Source of the DNA: Armatimonadota bacterium
Lineage (GTDB): Bacteria > Armatimonadota > UBA5829 > DTLH01
Assembly (NCBI GenBank): GCA_039680575.1
Contig: JBDKSP010000050.1
Coordinates: 1 to 64,000 of the forward strand
Reading direction: 5' to 3'
Length of the DNA: 64,000 nucleotides
Made by a program: the position numbers and the translations under genes. The notes beneath the pieces were generated by a model that was not told the origin of the DNA, made no database searches, and was given only the letters and a program-made list of their open reading frames with translations. Below are positions 20,513 to 30,472 of this stretch, in pieces. Every line of letters begins with the position of its first letter. Position 1 is the first letter of the stretch.

Positions 20513-20821
20513 TCAGCCGTCAGCTGTCAGTTTTTGAACCGCGGAGACGCGGAATAATGGGAATCGCGGAAGGTGGAGGTTTACAGCATTTACTCTTATG
20601 CTACAAGTCTCCACCAATCTCTTTTCAGTATGCTTCGGGACTGCAGTTCATCCTACCCCGTGGACCCACTGGACCACGGGGAGAAGCACGACATTCGCCG
20701 ATTTTCCTGATGGTGCGCGGTTTGTAACCGTGCACCCAAAAGAATCCCGCCATTTGCAATGGCTTTTCTGGATTTGCAATCCAGAAGTTCTTTTTCGGAC
20801 GCGATTGCAAATCGCATCCGA
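20513..20821. repeat. Composite intergenic element with nested hairpin modules
   Basis: Homology with 44405-44558 and 33019-33195; four hairpins with an ATT-TGC-AAT type core at 20712-20821. Confidence 0.7.
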
Positions 20822-20849
20822 TCATGAAATCCTACGCACACCGAACCGT

Positions 20850-20905
20850 AAAAACAAAAAGATGCAGGATGGATGGTGTAGACTTTCACCATCCTCCCTG
20901 CATTC
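20850..20905 (-). terminator. Intrinsic terminator after the corrinoid protein gene
   Basis: ATGCAGG..GGATGGTG / CACCATCC..CCTGCAT stem followed on the minus strand by TTTTTGTTTTT. Confidence 0.65.
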
Positions 20906-20933
20906 TAGATTCAGAATAGATACTAGATTCTAA

Positions 20934-21575
20934 TTACGCAACTGCTTTGAGCAGTACTTTGGCTACATCAACCGCGCTCGCCGCATCCGGTGCATAGCCG
21001 TCTGCGCCGATCTCGTCGGCATAGTTCTGGGTGACGGGAGCTCCGCCTATCAGAACCTTTACTTTATCTCGGAGACCGGCAGTCTCCAGCGCGCCGATGG
21101 TTGTCTTCATAGCGGGCATGGTTGTGGTGAGGAGCGCTGACAATGCTACAATCTGAGCACCTTTCTCCTTGACCATCTCAGCAAACTTCTCGGCTTTAAC
21201 ATCGACTCCAAGGTCGACTATCTCGAACCCGGCGCCTTCGAGCATCATTCCGACAAGGTTTTTGCCGATGTCGTGAAGGTCGTCCTTAACTGTGCCGAGG
21301 ATGATTATTCCCACGGGCTTCGCGCCGGTCTCTACAAGAGCCGGTTTGAGATGCTTCATCGCTGCATCCATTGCTCTTGCCGCGATCAATACTTCCGGTA
21401 CGTAGAACTCGTTAGCTTTGAACTTCTGTCCGACTACGTTCATCCCGGCAACAAGGCCGTTGTTCAAAATCTGGTCTGGCGGCACACCCTCTTTGATTGC
21501 GTTTATCGTGAGTGATTCCGCCATATCTTTCTTTCCGCTTATTATGGCTTGCGCCAAGCTTTCAAAATCCGCCAC
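20934..21575 (-). CDS. Stand-alone corrinoid (B12-binding) methyltransferase protein
   Basis: Helical cap (F..NEFYVPEVL) plus DLHDIGKN (DxHxxG), SALLTTTM and IGGAP; GTG start overlaps the upstream stop. Confidence 0.92.
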   Translation of the reverse strand: MADFESLAQAIISGKKDMAESLTINAIKEGVPPDQILNNGLVAGMNVVGQKFKANEFYVPEVLIAARAMDAAMKHLKPALVETGAKPVGIIILGTVKDDLHDIGKNLVGMMLEGAGFEIVDLGVDVKAEKFAEMVKEKGAQIVALSALLTTTMPAMKTTIGALETAGLRDKVKVLIGGAPVTQNYADEIGADGYAPDAASAVDVAKVLLKAVA

Positions 21576-23488
21576 TAAAATCCTCCTGGTCTGTCTCCTT
21601 GGTTAGCTGTCGCCTTTGTAGAGGGCGATGTAAACAACATTCTTTCGACAAATTCATTCCGGTAATCCGGATGGCTTGCAAGCTCTATATGTTCGATTGA
21701 TGCAGAGAGGCGGCTTGCACGCTCTCGCTCCTTTGTTGAAATAAGCGCCAGTTTCGATCCTGCTCCGGCGGCGTTACCCACCGGCGTAATCCGGTCGATC
21801 TCGACCGGCGGAAGGAGTCCGATCCTAAGCGCACTCTCAATTCTTATATAATTACCGAATGATCCGGCAAGAAGTATATCGTCTAGGTCTTCAAGCGTCG
21901 CTCCGGCAATCTTCAACAGTGTCTCTATGGCAGCCCGTATCGATCCTTTTGCCAGTTGGAGCTGTCTCACATCCTTTTGTTTCAGCGTGAGAGGTTCTCC
22001 GTCAACCGATTCCTGCTCCGTGGCAAGGATGAACTCAGGACCTGTATCCGATCCTATCAGCCGCGCGCGAATGTCCGGCGGAAGATGTCCGGCTTCGCCA
22101 GGTGTCAGCATTCTGCCTGAATCGTCTATAATCCCGGCGGACAGCATCTCGGAAACCGCGTCTACCAGTCCCGATCCGCAGATTCCTACTGCAGGACAGT
22201 CATCTATGGTCGTAATCTCGACCTGCCTGCCGATGCGTACGCTGTCGATTGCTCCCGGAGCACCGCGCATCCCGCGGCTTATCCTCGCTCCCTCGAAAGC
22301 AGGACCCGCTGCCGCTGAACATGCGTAAATCTGCCCGTTATGTAAAAGTGCCATTTCGCCGTTCGTCCCGACATCCACAGCAAGCCTGGTGCGGTATTCG
22401 TCTTCCCGCAATGTGGAAAGCACGACTCCGATCAAGTCCGAACCGACGAACCCTGCGACGTTCGGCATCACATGCACCAGCGCGCCGGGGTTTATGTTCA
22501 ACCCAGCCGCGTCTCCTCGAAGGGTCATCCTCCGGCACAGAGTCGGCACATAGGGCGAAAGCCCCAGAGTCGAAACATCCAACCCCATAAAAAGGTGAGT
22601 CATGCATGTGTTGCCTACGAGGGTTACCTCGTAAATATTCTTCGGATCGATCCCCTGTGTCTTCGCCAAACGGTCCGCAATTTCGTTGAGTGCATCTATG
22701 GCGGCTTCACGCAGGATCTTGAGCCCATCGGGCTCTGTTCCGGCAAAGTTTATTCTCGATACCAGGTCATCCCCGTAGCTTATCTGCGGGTTGATCGCTG
22801 ATGCCACTGAGACCTCGTATCCGGTGTTCAAATCCATAAGATAACCGGCTATGGTCGTGCTTCCGAGATCGAACGCTATGCCGTAATTTTGCCTGACGGT
22901 ATCGCCTGGTTCGACCGCAATCAGTTCGCTGCCGTCCACAACGGCCGTGACCTTATAACCGGCTTCTCTCAGTACCGAAGGCAGTTCACGCGCCACCGGC
23001 AAGCCTATACCGGCCTCGATATCATAGACCATAAGCGCCGCCGCAAGCCGCTCGAAGTCTCCTCGCTCGTCAGTAAGCGACGGTTTGGGGAGGTCGAGAT
23101 ATACTTTCAACACTGCAGGCGCTACGTGAACATCATGAATGATGCTGTGGCTCAGCACTTTTTGTACAAGCGAACGGCTGGCAATCGGTACCGTTACTAC
23201 GGCATCGCCCGTCACCCGCGCCCGACACGCCAGCCTCATTCCCCGCGCCAATTCTTCTGTTGTCAAACACCGTTCTTCGCTGGAGTCAGGTTTATCGGCT
23301 TTACCGGCAACTTTCACGCGGCATTTGCCGCATGTGCCCGTGCCGCCGCAGTTCATCTCCACTGCGCAGCCTGCCATAAGAGCTGCCTTCGCTATAATCG
23401 TGCCCACCGGTGCCTGGACTTCTATTCCATCCGGCTCGAACCTGATTTTGGCTAACTCGACTCCGGCTGATGTTTCCCGGCCGTCCAA
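21575..23488 (-). CDS. ATP-dependent reductive activator of corrinoid proteins (RACo/RamA, ASKHA) with N-terminal 2Fe-2S domain
   Basis: CGGTGTCGKC..RLAC ferredoxin; DLGSTT, FVGSD, DVGTNGE, AAGPAFEG and ICGSG. Confidence 0.9.
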   Translation of the reverse strand: MDGRETSAGVELAKIRFEPDGIEVQAPVGTIIAKAALMAGCAVEMNCGGTGTCGKCRVKVAGKADKPDSSEERCLTTEELARGMRLACRARVTGDAVVTVPIASRSLVQKVLSHSIIHDVHVAPAVLKVYLDLPKPSLTDERGDFERLAAALMVYDIEAGIGLPVARELPSVLREAGYKVTAVVDGSELIAVEPGDTVRQNYGIAFDLGSTTIAGYLMDLNTGYEVSVASAINPQISYGDDLVSRINFAGTEPDGLKILREAAIDALNEIADRLAKTQGIDPKNIYEVTLVGNTCMTHLFMGLDVSTLGLSPYVPTLCRRMTLRGDAAGLNINPGALVHVMPNVAGFVGSDLIGVVLSTLREDEYRTRLAVDVGTNGEMALLHNGQIYACSAAAGPAFEGARISRGMRGAPGAIDSVRIGRQVEITTIDDCPAVGICGSGLVDAVSEMLSAGIIDDSGRMLTPGEAGHLPPDIRARLIGSDTGPEFILATEQESVDGEPLTLKQKDVRQLQLAKGSIRAAIETLLKIAGATLEDLDDILLAGSFGNYIRIESALRIGLLPPVEIDRITPVGNAAGAGSKLALISTKERERASRLSASIEHIELASHPDYRNEFVERMLFTSPSTKATANQGDRPGGF

Positions 23489-23507
23489 AATACTGCCTCA
23501 CATTTAA

Positions 23508-23532
23508 ACAGGTGCTGTTTTGCAGCACCTGT
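23508..23532. promoter_or_regulatory. Perfect 10-bp inverted repeat just upstream of the RACo start (operator or RNA hairpin)
   Basis: ACAGGTGCTG-TTTTG-CAGCACCTGT. Confidence 0.4.
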
Positions 23533-23571
23533 GATCTATAGATTTTCGGCTACTGCCTAAAATCTTCCGGA

Positions 23572-23598
23572 TGAGTTTCAGGTGATACCTGAAACTCA
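23572..23598 (-). terminator. Hairpin immediately after the TPR gene stop
   Basis: TGAGTTTCAGG-TGATA-CCTGAAACTCA; no clear U tract. Confidence 0.35.
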
Positions 23599-23946
23599 CT
23601 AGAAATAAATGATATTGCGCTTGGCAATATCATTGTTCGGGTCGACCCCGAGAACCATTTCGAACTCAGCTTTAGCTTCGTCGGCCATACCCAGCATAGC
23701 ATAGGTCAGTGCCAGATCGTTTCTAATGGCTATATTTGATGGATCGAGTTCAAGAGATGCGAGCAATTCCTGTATAGACTCGTCAAACAACCCGATAAAC
23801 CCATAGACAAGCCCGATCTGCCTGTGCGCCTCAGCGTAGTTCGAATCTTCTTCCAGGATCGACTTGAATTCGGCAAGAGCCTCGTCGTACATACCGTCGA
23901 CTTTATAGGCTATGCCCTGTTCGCATCTGTCCTCAAGACTCCCCAT
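23599..23946 (-). CDS. Small tetratricopeptide repeat protein
   Basis: About three TPR units (AEAHRQIGLVY..G, LELDPSN, LALTY..LG..EAK..VDPNN). Confidence 0.85.
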   Translation of the reverse strand: MGSLEDRCEQGIAYKVDGMYDEALAEFKSILEEDSNYAEAHRQIGLVYGFIGLFDESIQELLASLELDPSNIAIRNDLALTYAMLGMADEAKAEFEMVLGVDPNNDIAKRNIIYF

Positions 23947-24108
23947 ACTGCACCTCTCTAAACATCCCGAATACTCTCACCAGCCAAGAAATAAAGTATA
24001 AATGCTATTTTTTGAGAGAACCGGACTGCCGGTCATATATTCATAGAGAGCCATAGTATCAAAAACGACCTACGCTTGTTTGCAGTATATCAACATAATC
24101 CCTGTAAA

Positions 24109-25050
24109 TCAAGAGCTTGCGAAAAGTGTTCCCAAATTCAGCCGCGATCCGCGCGCGAATGCACCCGCGCTCATTTTCTGACGGTTTTCAGGCTGGACTT
24201 CGATCAGTTTTACCCCGCCTTCACCCGCTGCGACGACAATTTCGTCTTTTGTAATATCTACTACTTCGCCAGGGGCTTTTCCTTCCGTTATTTTATCGAT
24301 TACTTCTGTTTTATGGACCTTTATCTGCGCGCTGTTCAGGATTGTAAATGCACCAGGGCGCGGTGTAAATGCTCTTACAAGGTTTTGAATGTTTTTTGCC
24401 GGTCTATTCCAGTCGATCCGCCCCTCTTCACGCTTGATCGATCTTGCAACCGTCGCCTGCGAAGGGTCCTGGGGCTGTGGAGCTATTTCCCCGCGTTCCA
24501 GTTTATCAAGAGTCAGGATAAGGAGCTCGGCGCCGATTTTTGCAAGTCTCGGTTCCAAATCTCCGGCTGTCTCATCTCTGCCGATTTCGGTTTCACGCAT
24601 AAGCAGGATATCGCCGGTGTCCAACCCGGCATCCATCAGCATTGTCGTTACACCGGTCTTTGTCTCACCGCACATTATTGCATACTGTATCGGCGCGGCT
24701 CCGCGGTACCGGGGCAGGAGCGACGCATGAACGTTTATGCTGCCATATTCAGGTATATTCAGTATTGCCTGAGGTATGATCTGTCCAAACGCGGCGACGA
24801 CTATCGCATCGAGCGGCTCGAAACTTTTGATGTGATCGATCGAGTTTTGTTCCCTTATTCTTTCGGGTTGGAAGACCTGCAGCCCAAGAGTCAATGCAAT
24901 CTGCTTGACAGGAGACATGCGCATACTCCGGCCTCTACCGCCCGGCCTGTCCGGCTGAGTGACGACAGCGGCTATCTCATGACCCGCGTTTACCAGCGCC
25001 TCAAGCGATGGAACTGCAAATGGACTTGTCCCCATGAAAACAATACGCAT
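24109..25050 (-). CDS. fmt: Methionyl-tRNA formyltransferase
   Basis: MRIVFMGTSPFA, VVTQPDRP, INVHASLLPRYRGAAP, LDTGD; start moved to the ATG at 25050. Confidence 0.96.
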   Translation of the reverse strand: MRIVFMGTSPFAVPSLEALVNAGHEIAAVVTQPDRPGGRGRSMRMSPVKQIALTLGLQVFQPERIREQNSIDHIKSFEPLDAIVVAAFGQIIPQAILNIPEYGSINVHASLLPRYRGAAPIQYAIMCGETKTGVTTMLMDAGLDTGDILLMRETEIGRDETAGDLEPRLAKIGAELLILTLDKLERGEIAPQPQDPSQATVARSIKREEGRIDWNRPAKNIQNLVRAFTPRPGAFTILNSAQIKVHKTEVIDKITEGKAPGEVVDITKDEIVVAAGEGGVKLIEVQPENRQKMSAGAFARGSRLNLGTLFASS

Positions 25051-25173
25051 GCAAATACCTGTAGATTTCCGCAGCAATGAATAATCTTCGCATATCTGCG
25101 GGAATTGATCCTGTAGATGTTTACAGGATTGCTCTAGCCTGCCATTCCCGCAGTATATAGATTCCGATATTCT

Positions 25174-25659
25174 CTATTCTTCCTCATCTTCCTGCCCCGG
25201 CATTACCCAGTGCAGCGAAGTGGCGTCGGCAAGGTCTATGAACAGCTTGCCGTCGAGATGGTCCGTCTCATGCTGGAATATCCGCGCGAGATATCCGGTA
25301 CCGGTGAGTTTCACTTTTTTACCGTTTTCGTCCATCCCTGTTACTACGGCAACATTCGCCCGTTCGACATCGCCGAAAAGCCCCGGAATGCTCAGGCACC
25401 CTTCGGACCCGAGCTGACTTCCGGATTTTTTAATGATTTTCGGGTTGATCAATGCGTGCGGACCGGACCCGTCATCATAGACGAACAATCTGAGCGACAA
25501 CCCGATCTGATTGGCAGCTAATCCCGCGCCTTTAGCCTCGGCCAACAACTCATACATGTGTTCCAGGAGCTGCTTGATCTCGTCATTGAACTCGGGAACC
25601 TCTTTGGTAGGCTCCGAAAGCACTTTGGCTCCATATCTAACTATCTCTTCTGTGCCCAT
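25174..25659 (-). CDS. def: Peptide deformylase
   Basis: GAGLAANQIG, EGCLS, QHETDHLDG. Confidence 0.96.
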   Translation of the reverse strand: MGTEEIVRYGAKVLSEPTKEVPEFNDEIKQLLEHMYELLAEAKGAGLAANQIGLSLRLFVYDDGSGPHALINPKIIKKSGSQLGSEGCLSIPGLFGDVERANVAVVTGMDENGKKVKLTGTGYLARIFQHETDHLDGKLFIDLADATSLHWVMPGQEDEEE

Positions 25660-25673
25660 AGTATCCCCTTACA

Positions 25674-28085
25674 TTAAAGCATTGACGCCGGGTCGATATC
25701 CACCGTGACCCCGCGCCTGATCGACGGAAGCGCATCGAGTGATTCCCGAACGACTTTCGCCAAAGCATCCCTGTCCGGCGAGCGGAGCAGAACATGCCAG
25801 CGGTAGCGGCCTCTAAGCCTCGCGACAGGCGCGGGAACCGGCCCCAGCACCTCAACCGATGCTTTTGTGGTTGTTTTTGACCGCTCCGCAAGGTCTCGAA
25901 CGAGTTCATCAAGCCTCTGCCGCGCATCGGCCTCGCTTTCATCGGATGAGACTATGTTCAGCATCGACGAAAACGGTGGATAACCGGTCTCGCGCCTCAG
26001 TTCGATTTCCTGCTCGTAAAATGACTCATAATCGTGCGCTGCCGCAGCAACTACCGCATAATGCTCTGGATTGAATGTCTGTATTATTACTTCGCCGGGT
26101 TCGGTCCCTCGTCCTGCTCTTCCTGCAACCTGCGACAGTAATTGGAATGTCCGTTCTCCGGCTCGAAAATCAGGCAGGTTGAGCGATGTGTCCGCGCTGA
26201 TGACCCCAACGAGTGTCACTCCCGGGAAATCCAGTCCTTTGGCTATCATCTGTGTCCCGACGAGAATATCCGCGTCGTGCTTTCGAAACGCATCGAGAAT
26301 TTGTGCATGAGACCCCTTGCGTGCCGTCGTGTCCCTGTCCATCCTGAGGACTCTCGCATCCGGGAACGCGGATCTGGTCTCCTCTTCTATCCGCTCCGTC
26401 CCTATCCCGAATTTTCCGACTTTCCGGCTTCCGCAGTTCGGACAGAGTGTCGGCGCTTCCTCTTCGTAGTCGCAGTGGTGGCAGCGCATTATATGTTCTG
26501 CCGCGTGCAGTTTGAGCGCAACCGCGCAGTTCGGGCATCCGGCTGTATAACCGCATTCCCTGCAGAGCAGGAAAGTGGCATACGCCCGCCGGTTCTGAAA
26601 CAGGATCACCTGCTGGCCTTTGCCGAGCTTGCCGCCTATTGCTTCAGCGAGTTTTTCGGAAAATATTGTCACATGGCCTTTTTGATACTCTTCCCTCAGG
26701 TCCGCGATGGAGATTGAAGGCAGCGGGCGGTTTGCGATGCGCTCGCGCATGACTACCAGGCGGTATTTACCCGTTTTTGCCCTGTAGTAGCTTTCTATCG
26801 ACGGAGTCGCACTCCCGAGGACTGCGAGCGCTCCGTTCTGCTCCGCGCGTCTGAGTGCTGTATCCCTGCAGTGGTAGCGTGGATCGGAGTCCTGCTTATA
26901 GCTCGGCTCATGCTCTTCATCGATTATGACCAGCCCCAGGTTTTTTATAGGGGCGAAGACCGCTGAGCGAGCGCCGAGGACCACATCCACTTCGTTGTTT
27001 TCTGTTCGAACCCACTCGTCGAACCGTTCTCCCGCCGAAAGCATGCTGTGCAGGACTGCTACACGGCTTCCGAACCTGCCTCGGAATATATTGAGCACCT
27101 GCGTAGTCAGCGAGATTTCAGGGAGCAGCACAAGCGACCTTCTGCCCTGTTTCGCCGCATGCTCGATTGCTCTTAAGTATACTTCCGTCTTTCCGCTTGC
27201 CGTGACGCCGTGGAGCAGCATAACGCTGTGCTCGCGCCGGTCTATTCCTTCGATTGACGCGGTAAGCGCAGCCTGCTGTTCTTCGGTCAGTCTGTAGTGC
27301 GCAGTTGACGGGACGGACGTATGCGCCGGTGTCCGTCTCTCCAAAAGAGACATGCGTTTGAGAAGACCCTTCGAGACAAGCCCTGAGATAACGCTTTCGC
27401 TCACCGACAGTTCGGAAACCAGCCTGGCGCAGGGCGTGGTCCCGTAAAGAGCGATATGCTTCAATACTTCAGCCTGCCGGGGCGCGCGGGACTGCAGCTT
27501 GCCTGCTTCTTCTTCGACCTGTTCCGCCGGGATCGAAAGCGCTGCAGCAGCAATCCGGCGTTCCTTTCCCTGGGGCGGTATCAGCTCGTATCGACGGACT
27601 GCGCCTCCGGCTATCTCGAATTTTTTCAACTCTCTGAAGAGTTCAGGCCGCTTTGACCGAAGCGTATCGAGCGGGATCGACCCACCGGCGTTCACTAGCG
27701 CCGCCGTAAGCGGGGAAGAGGGTAGAGCAGCATCATCGGCAAGCTCCACCAGTCCCTTTACCTTGCATTGGATGACGCCGGGAAGGATGGAATGAGTGCA
27801 GCGCGACAACCCGCAGATGAACCGCTCGGAGAGCCACCCAGCCAGATCGACCAGTTCTTCCGACAGGGTGATCGGTGAATCGAGGACTGCCAGGATCGCT
27901 TTCGTCCTTGCCACGGACGGAGTATCTTCAAGAGCTACTATGCATCCGATGGTCTGGGTGGAGCCGAACGGCACAAGCACGCAGGCTCCGATTTTTACGC
28001 GAGATTGGAGAGCTTCCGGGACTTCGTAAGTGAACGAGTCCAGATAAGCGGCACCCTCCGTATCGACAGCGACCCTGACATACAA
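25674..28085 (-). CDS. priA: Primosomal protein N' (replication restart helicase)
   Basis: GVTASGKTEVY, DEEH, Cys-rich zinc region, GTQMIAKGLDF, QVAGRAGR. Confidence 0.96.
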   Translation of the reverse strand: MYVRVAVDTEGAAYLDSFTYEVPEALQSRVKIGACVLVPFGSTQTIGCIVALEDTPSVARTKAILAVLDSPITLSEELVDLAGWLSERFICGLSRCTHSILPGVIQCKVKGLVELADDAALPSSPLTAALVNAGGSIPLDTLRSKRPELFRELKKFEIAGGAVRRYELIPPQGKERRIAAAALSIPAEQVEEEAGKLQSRAPRQAEVLKHIALYGTTPCARLVSELSVSESVISGLVSKGLLKRMSLLERRTPAHTSVPSTAHYRLTEEQQAALTASIEGIDRREHSVMLLHGVTASGKTEVYLRAIEHAAKQGRRSLVLLPEISLTTQVLNIFRGRFGSRVAVLHSMLSAGERFDEWVRTENNEVDVVLGARSAVFAPIKNLGLVIIDEEHEPSYKQDSDPRYHCRDTALRRAEQNGALAVLGSATPSIESYYRAKTGKYRLVVMRERIANRPLPSISIADLREEYQKGHVTIFSEKLAEAIGGKLGKGQQVILFQNRRAYATFLLCRECGYTAGCPNCAVALKLHAAEHIMRCHHCDYEEEAPTLCPNCGSRKVGKFGIGTERIEEETRSAFPDARVLRMDRDTTARKGSHAQILDAFRKHDADILVGTQMIAKGLDFPGVTLVGVISADTSLNLPDFRAGERTFQLLSQVAGRAGRGTEPGEVIIQTFNPEHYAVVAAAAHDYESFYEQEIELRRETGYPPFSSMLNIVSSDESEADARQRLDELVRDLAERSKTTTKASVEVLGPVPAPVARLRGRYRWHVLLRSPDRDALAKVVRESLDALPSIRRGVTVDIDPASML

Positions 28086-29234
28086 CTATAGTCCCGATTC
28101 TTTCCGCAGAGTGTCAGCCATATCGACGTATTCCCACGGAACATCCAGGTCCGTGCGTCCGAAGTGCCCATAAGCGGCAGTCTGCTTGTAGATCGGTCTT
28201 CTCAGGTTCAGTTTCTTGATGATCCCTCCAGGAGTCAGGTCGAAGTACTTTTGGACCAGTTCGACTATCTTCTCATCGGGTATGCAGCCCGTGTCGAATG
28301 TGTTGACGGTAATATTCATCGGCTCTTTCTGTCCAATGGCATAAGCTACCTGAAGCTCGCACTTGTCCGCGAGCCCCGCTGCGACGATGTTTTTAGCGAT
28401 ATACCGCATCATATACGCCGCGGATCTGTCTACCTTGGTCGGGTCCTTACCGGAGAAGCAGCCGCCGCCATGTCTCGCCATTCCGCCGTAAGTGTCTACT
28501 ATGATCTTTCTTCCCGTGAGCCCTGTGTCGCCCTGAGGTCCTCCGACCGCGAAGTGCCCTGTGGGATTAACGAATATCTGAGCATTTCCGTCGAGCAGTC
28601 CGGCTGAAAGCACCGGTTTTACCACCTGTTCGACAATATCATCATAAATAGTGGACTGCGGGATATTCGGCTGATGCTGCGCCGAGACTACTATCTTGTC
28701 TATGCGGACAGGTTTCCCGTTTTCGTATGCCACTGTTACCTGGGACTTGCCGTCCGGTCTCAAATAGCGCAGGTCGCCGTTTTTTCGGACTATCGCAAGC
28801 TGTTTTGCGAGCTTGTGGGCAAGCATGATCGGCATAGGCATAAGCTCAGGAGTCTCGTTGCAGGCGTAGCCGAACATCATACCCTGGTCACCGGCTCCGC
28901 CTGTATCTACTCCTTGCGCTATATCGGGAGACTGTGCCTGGATGGCAGTCAGCACGCCGCATGTCTGGTAATCGAAGCCGTATTTGGCTCTTGTATAACC
29001 CACGGCCTCCAGAGTCCTTCGGACTATATCTGGAATTTCAACGTAGGCTTTCGTGGTGATCTCCCCGGCGACTATGACCAGTCCCGTGGTAAGAAGTGCC
29101 TCACAGGCGACTCTGCCAAGCGGGTCCTGCTCCAAAATAGCATCCAGGACGGCATCAGATATCTGGTCCGCCAGCTTATCGGGATGCCCTTCAGTCACGG
29201 ATTCCGACGTGAAGCTAAAGCACTTATTCTTCAA
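28086..29234 (-). CDS. metK: S-adenosylmethionine synthetase
   Basis: [31 protein letters not shown] start at 29234 with GGGAGGG RBS, overlapping the coaBC stop. Confidence 0.97.
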   Translation of the reverse strand: MKNKCFSFTSESVTEGHPDKLADQISDAVLDAILEQDPLGRVACEALLTTGLVIVAGEITTKAYVEIPDIVRRTLEAVGYTRAKYGFDYQTCGVLTAIQAQSPDIAQGVDTGGAGDQGMMFGYACNETPELMPMPIMLAHKLAKQLAIVRKNGDLRYLRPDGKSQVTVAYENGKPVRIDKIVVSAQHQPNIPQSTIYDDIVEQVVKPVLSAGLLDGNAQIFVNPTGHFAVGGPQGDTGLTGRKIIVDTYGGMARHGGGCFSGKDPTKVDRSAAYMMRYIAKNIVAAGLADKCELQVAYAIGQKEPMNITVNTFDTGCIPDEKIVELVQKYFDLTPGGIIKKLNLRRPIYKQTAAYGHFGRTDLDVPWEYVDMADTLRKESGL

Positions 29235-30472
29235 AGTTGTCCCTCCCAAAGGTTTGACATAATATAGTCCAGAATTCCCTGAGATATCTCCCGCTTGGAC
29301 ATCCTGGGCCAACTGACCGCCTCGCCTTTGCGGGGGATCAGTGTAACAACATTTGTATCGCTGCCGAATACGCCTCCCGGATCGGAGACATCGTTCGCAA
29401 TTATCAGGTCAAGGTTCTTCTCTTCGAGCTTATGACGGGCATTCTCCTCGACATCGTTTGTTTCCGCCGCAAAACCTACGAGGGTCCTTCCGCCTTTCAT
29501 CTCTCCGATCCGTCTCAGTATATCTTCCGTCTTCTCAAGTTCCAGTCTCAACCACTCATCTTCCTTTTTCAGCTTGTGGGGTGCAACTTTAGCCGGGCGG
29601 TAGTCCGCCACAGCCGCCGCTGCGATGACGAGATTGTTAGACGGAAGGTTTTTCATTACGGCCAGGAGCATCTCCTGGGCTGTCTGCACCCTGATGGCAT
29701 TGACGCCGGGAGGGTTATCCAGCTCAGTAGGTCCGCTTACCAGAGTGACTATGCCTCCGCGTTCGGCCGCGGCTTCGGCGAGAGCGTAACCCATCTTGCC
29801 GGACGAGTAGTTCGAGACATATCTGACCGGATCGACCGGTTCTCGGGTAGGTCCGGCTGTGATAAGCACCCGCACCCCGGCAAAGTCCTTCTTCCCTCCG
29901 AGGATCGCTGCCATGACAGCCGCAACGATAGTGTCCGGATTGGCAAGCCTGCCTACTCCCTCGTCGCCGCATGCTACACGTCCTTCCTCAGGTTCGATGA
30001 ACTTCCAGCCGAGGTTTTTCAGCCGGTCCATGTTGCCGATGACCACCGGGTTTGTGTACATCTTTGGGTTCATTGCAGGAGCGATCAATACCGGTCCTCG
30101 GACCACGAGCGCGGCGGTTGTCAGCATATCGTCAGCTATACCGTTCGCAAGTTTGCCGATGATGTTGGCGGTAGCCGGGGCGATGAGCGTCAGATCGGCA
30201 CGCTCAGGCAGCTTCACATGGACTATCTCGTTTGCTTTTGGCTCGTCCCACAGGTTCACAAGGACAGGATTGTGGGTAAGCGCGCGGAAAGTTGCGGGAC
30301 CGACAAGTTCGCAGGCTGACTTGGTCATAATGACGTGGACGCTGGCGCCCATCTGAGTAAGCCTGCTCGCTATCTCAGCGGATTTATAGGCCGCGATACT
30401 GCCCGTAACCCCGAGTATGATTGTTTTTCCCGTCAGCTCAGTGCGGGGACACGATTCTTCTATGTTCTGCAA
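29231..30472 (-). CDS. coaBC: Bifunctional phosphopantothenoylcysteine decarboxylase/ligase
   Basis: [46 protein letters not shown]. Confidence 0.96.
   Translation of the reverse strand: MQNIEESCPRTELTGKTIILGVTGSIAAYKSAEIASRLTQMGASVHVIMTKSACELVGPATFRALTHNPVLVNLWDEPKANEIVHVKLPERADLTLIAPATANIIGKLANGIADDMLTTAALVVRGPVLIAPAMNPKMYTNPVVIGNMDRLKNLGWKFIEPEEGRVACGDEGVGRLANPDTIVAAVMAAILGGKKDFAGVRVLITAGPTREPVDPVRYVSNYSSGKMGYALAEAAAERGGIVTLVSGPTELDNPPGVNAIRVQTAQEMLLAVMKNLPSNNLVIAAAAVADYRPAKVAPHKLKKEDEWLRLELEKTEDILRRIGEMKGGRTLVGFAAETNDVEENARHKLEEKNLDLIIANDVSDPGGVFGSDTNVVTLIPRKGEAVSWPRMSKREISQGILDYIMSNLWEGQL

Noticed and set aside
20712..20821. Possible mini CRISPR array
   Set aside because: Stems differ in sequence, spacing is irregular and too short, and no cas genes are present
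20598..20933. Short ORFs on both strands across the hairpin array
   Set aside because: The sequence is explained by palindromic repeats and a terminator; translations look spurious
24076..25080. 334-aa plus-strand ORF
   Set aside because: Antisense shadow of fmt
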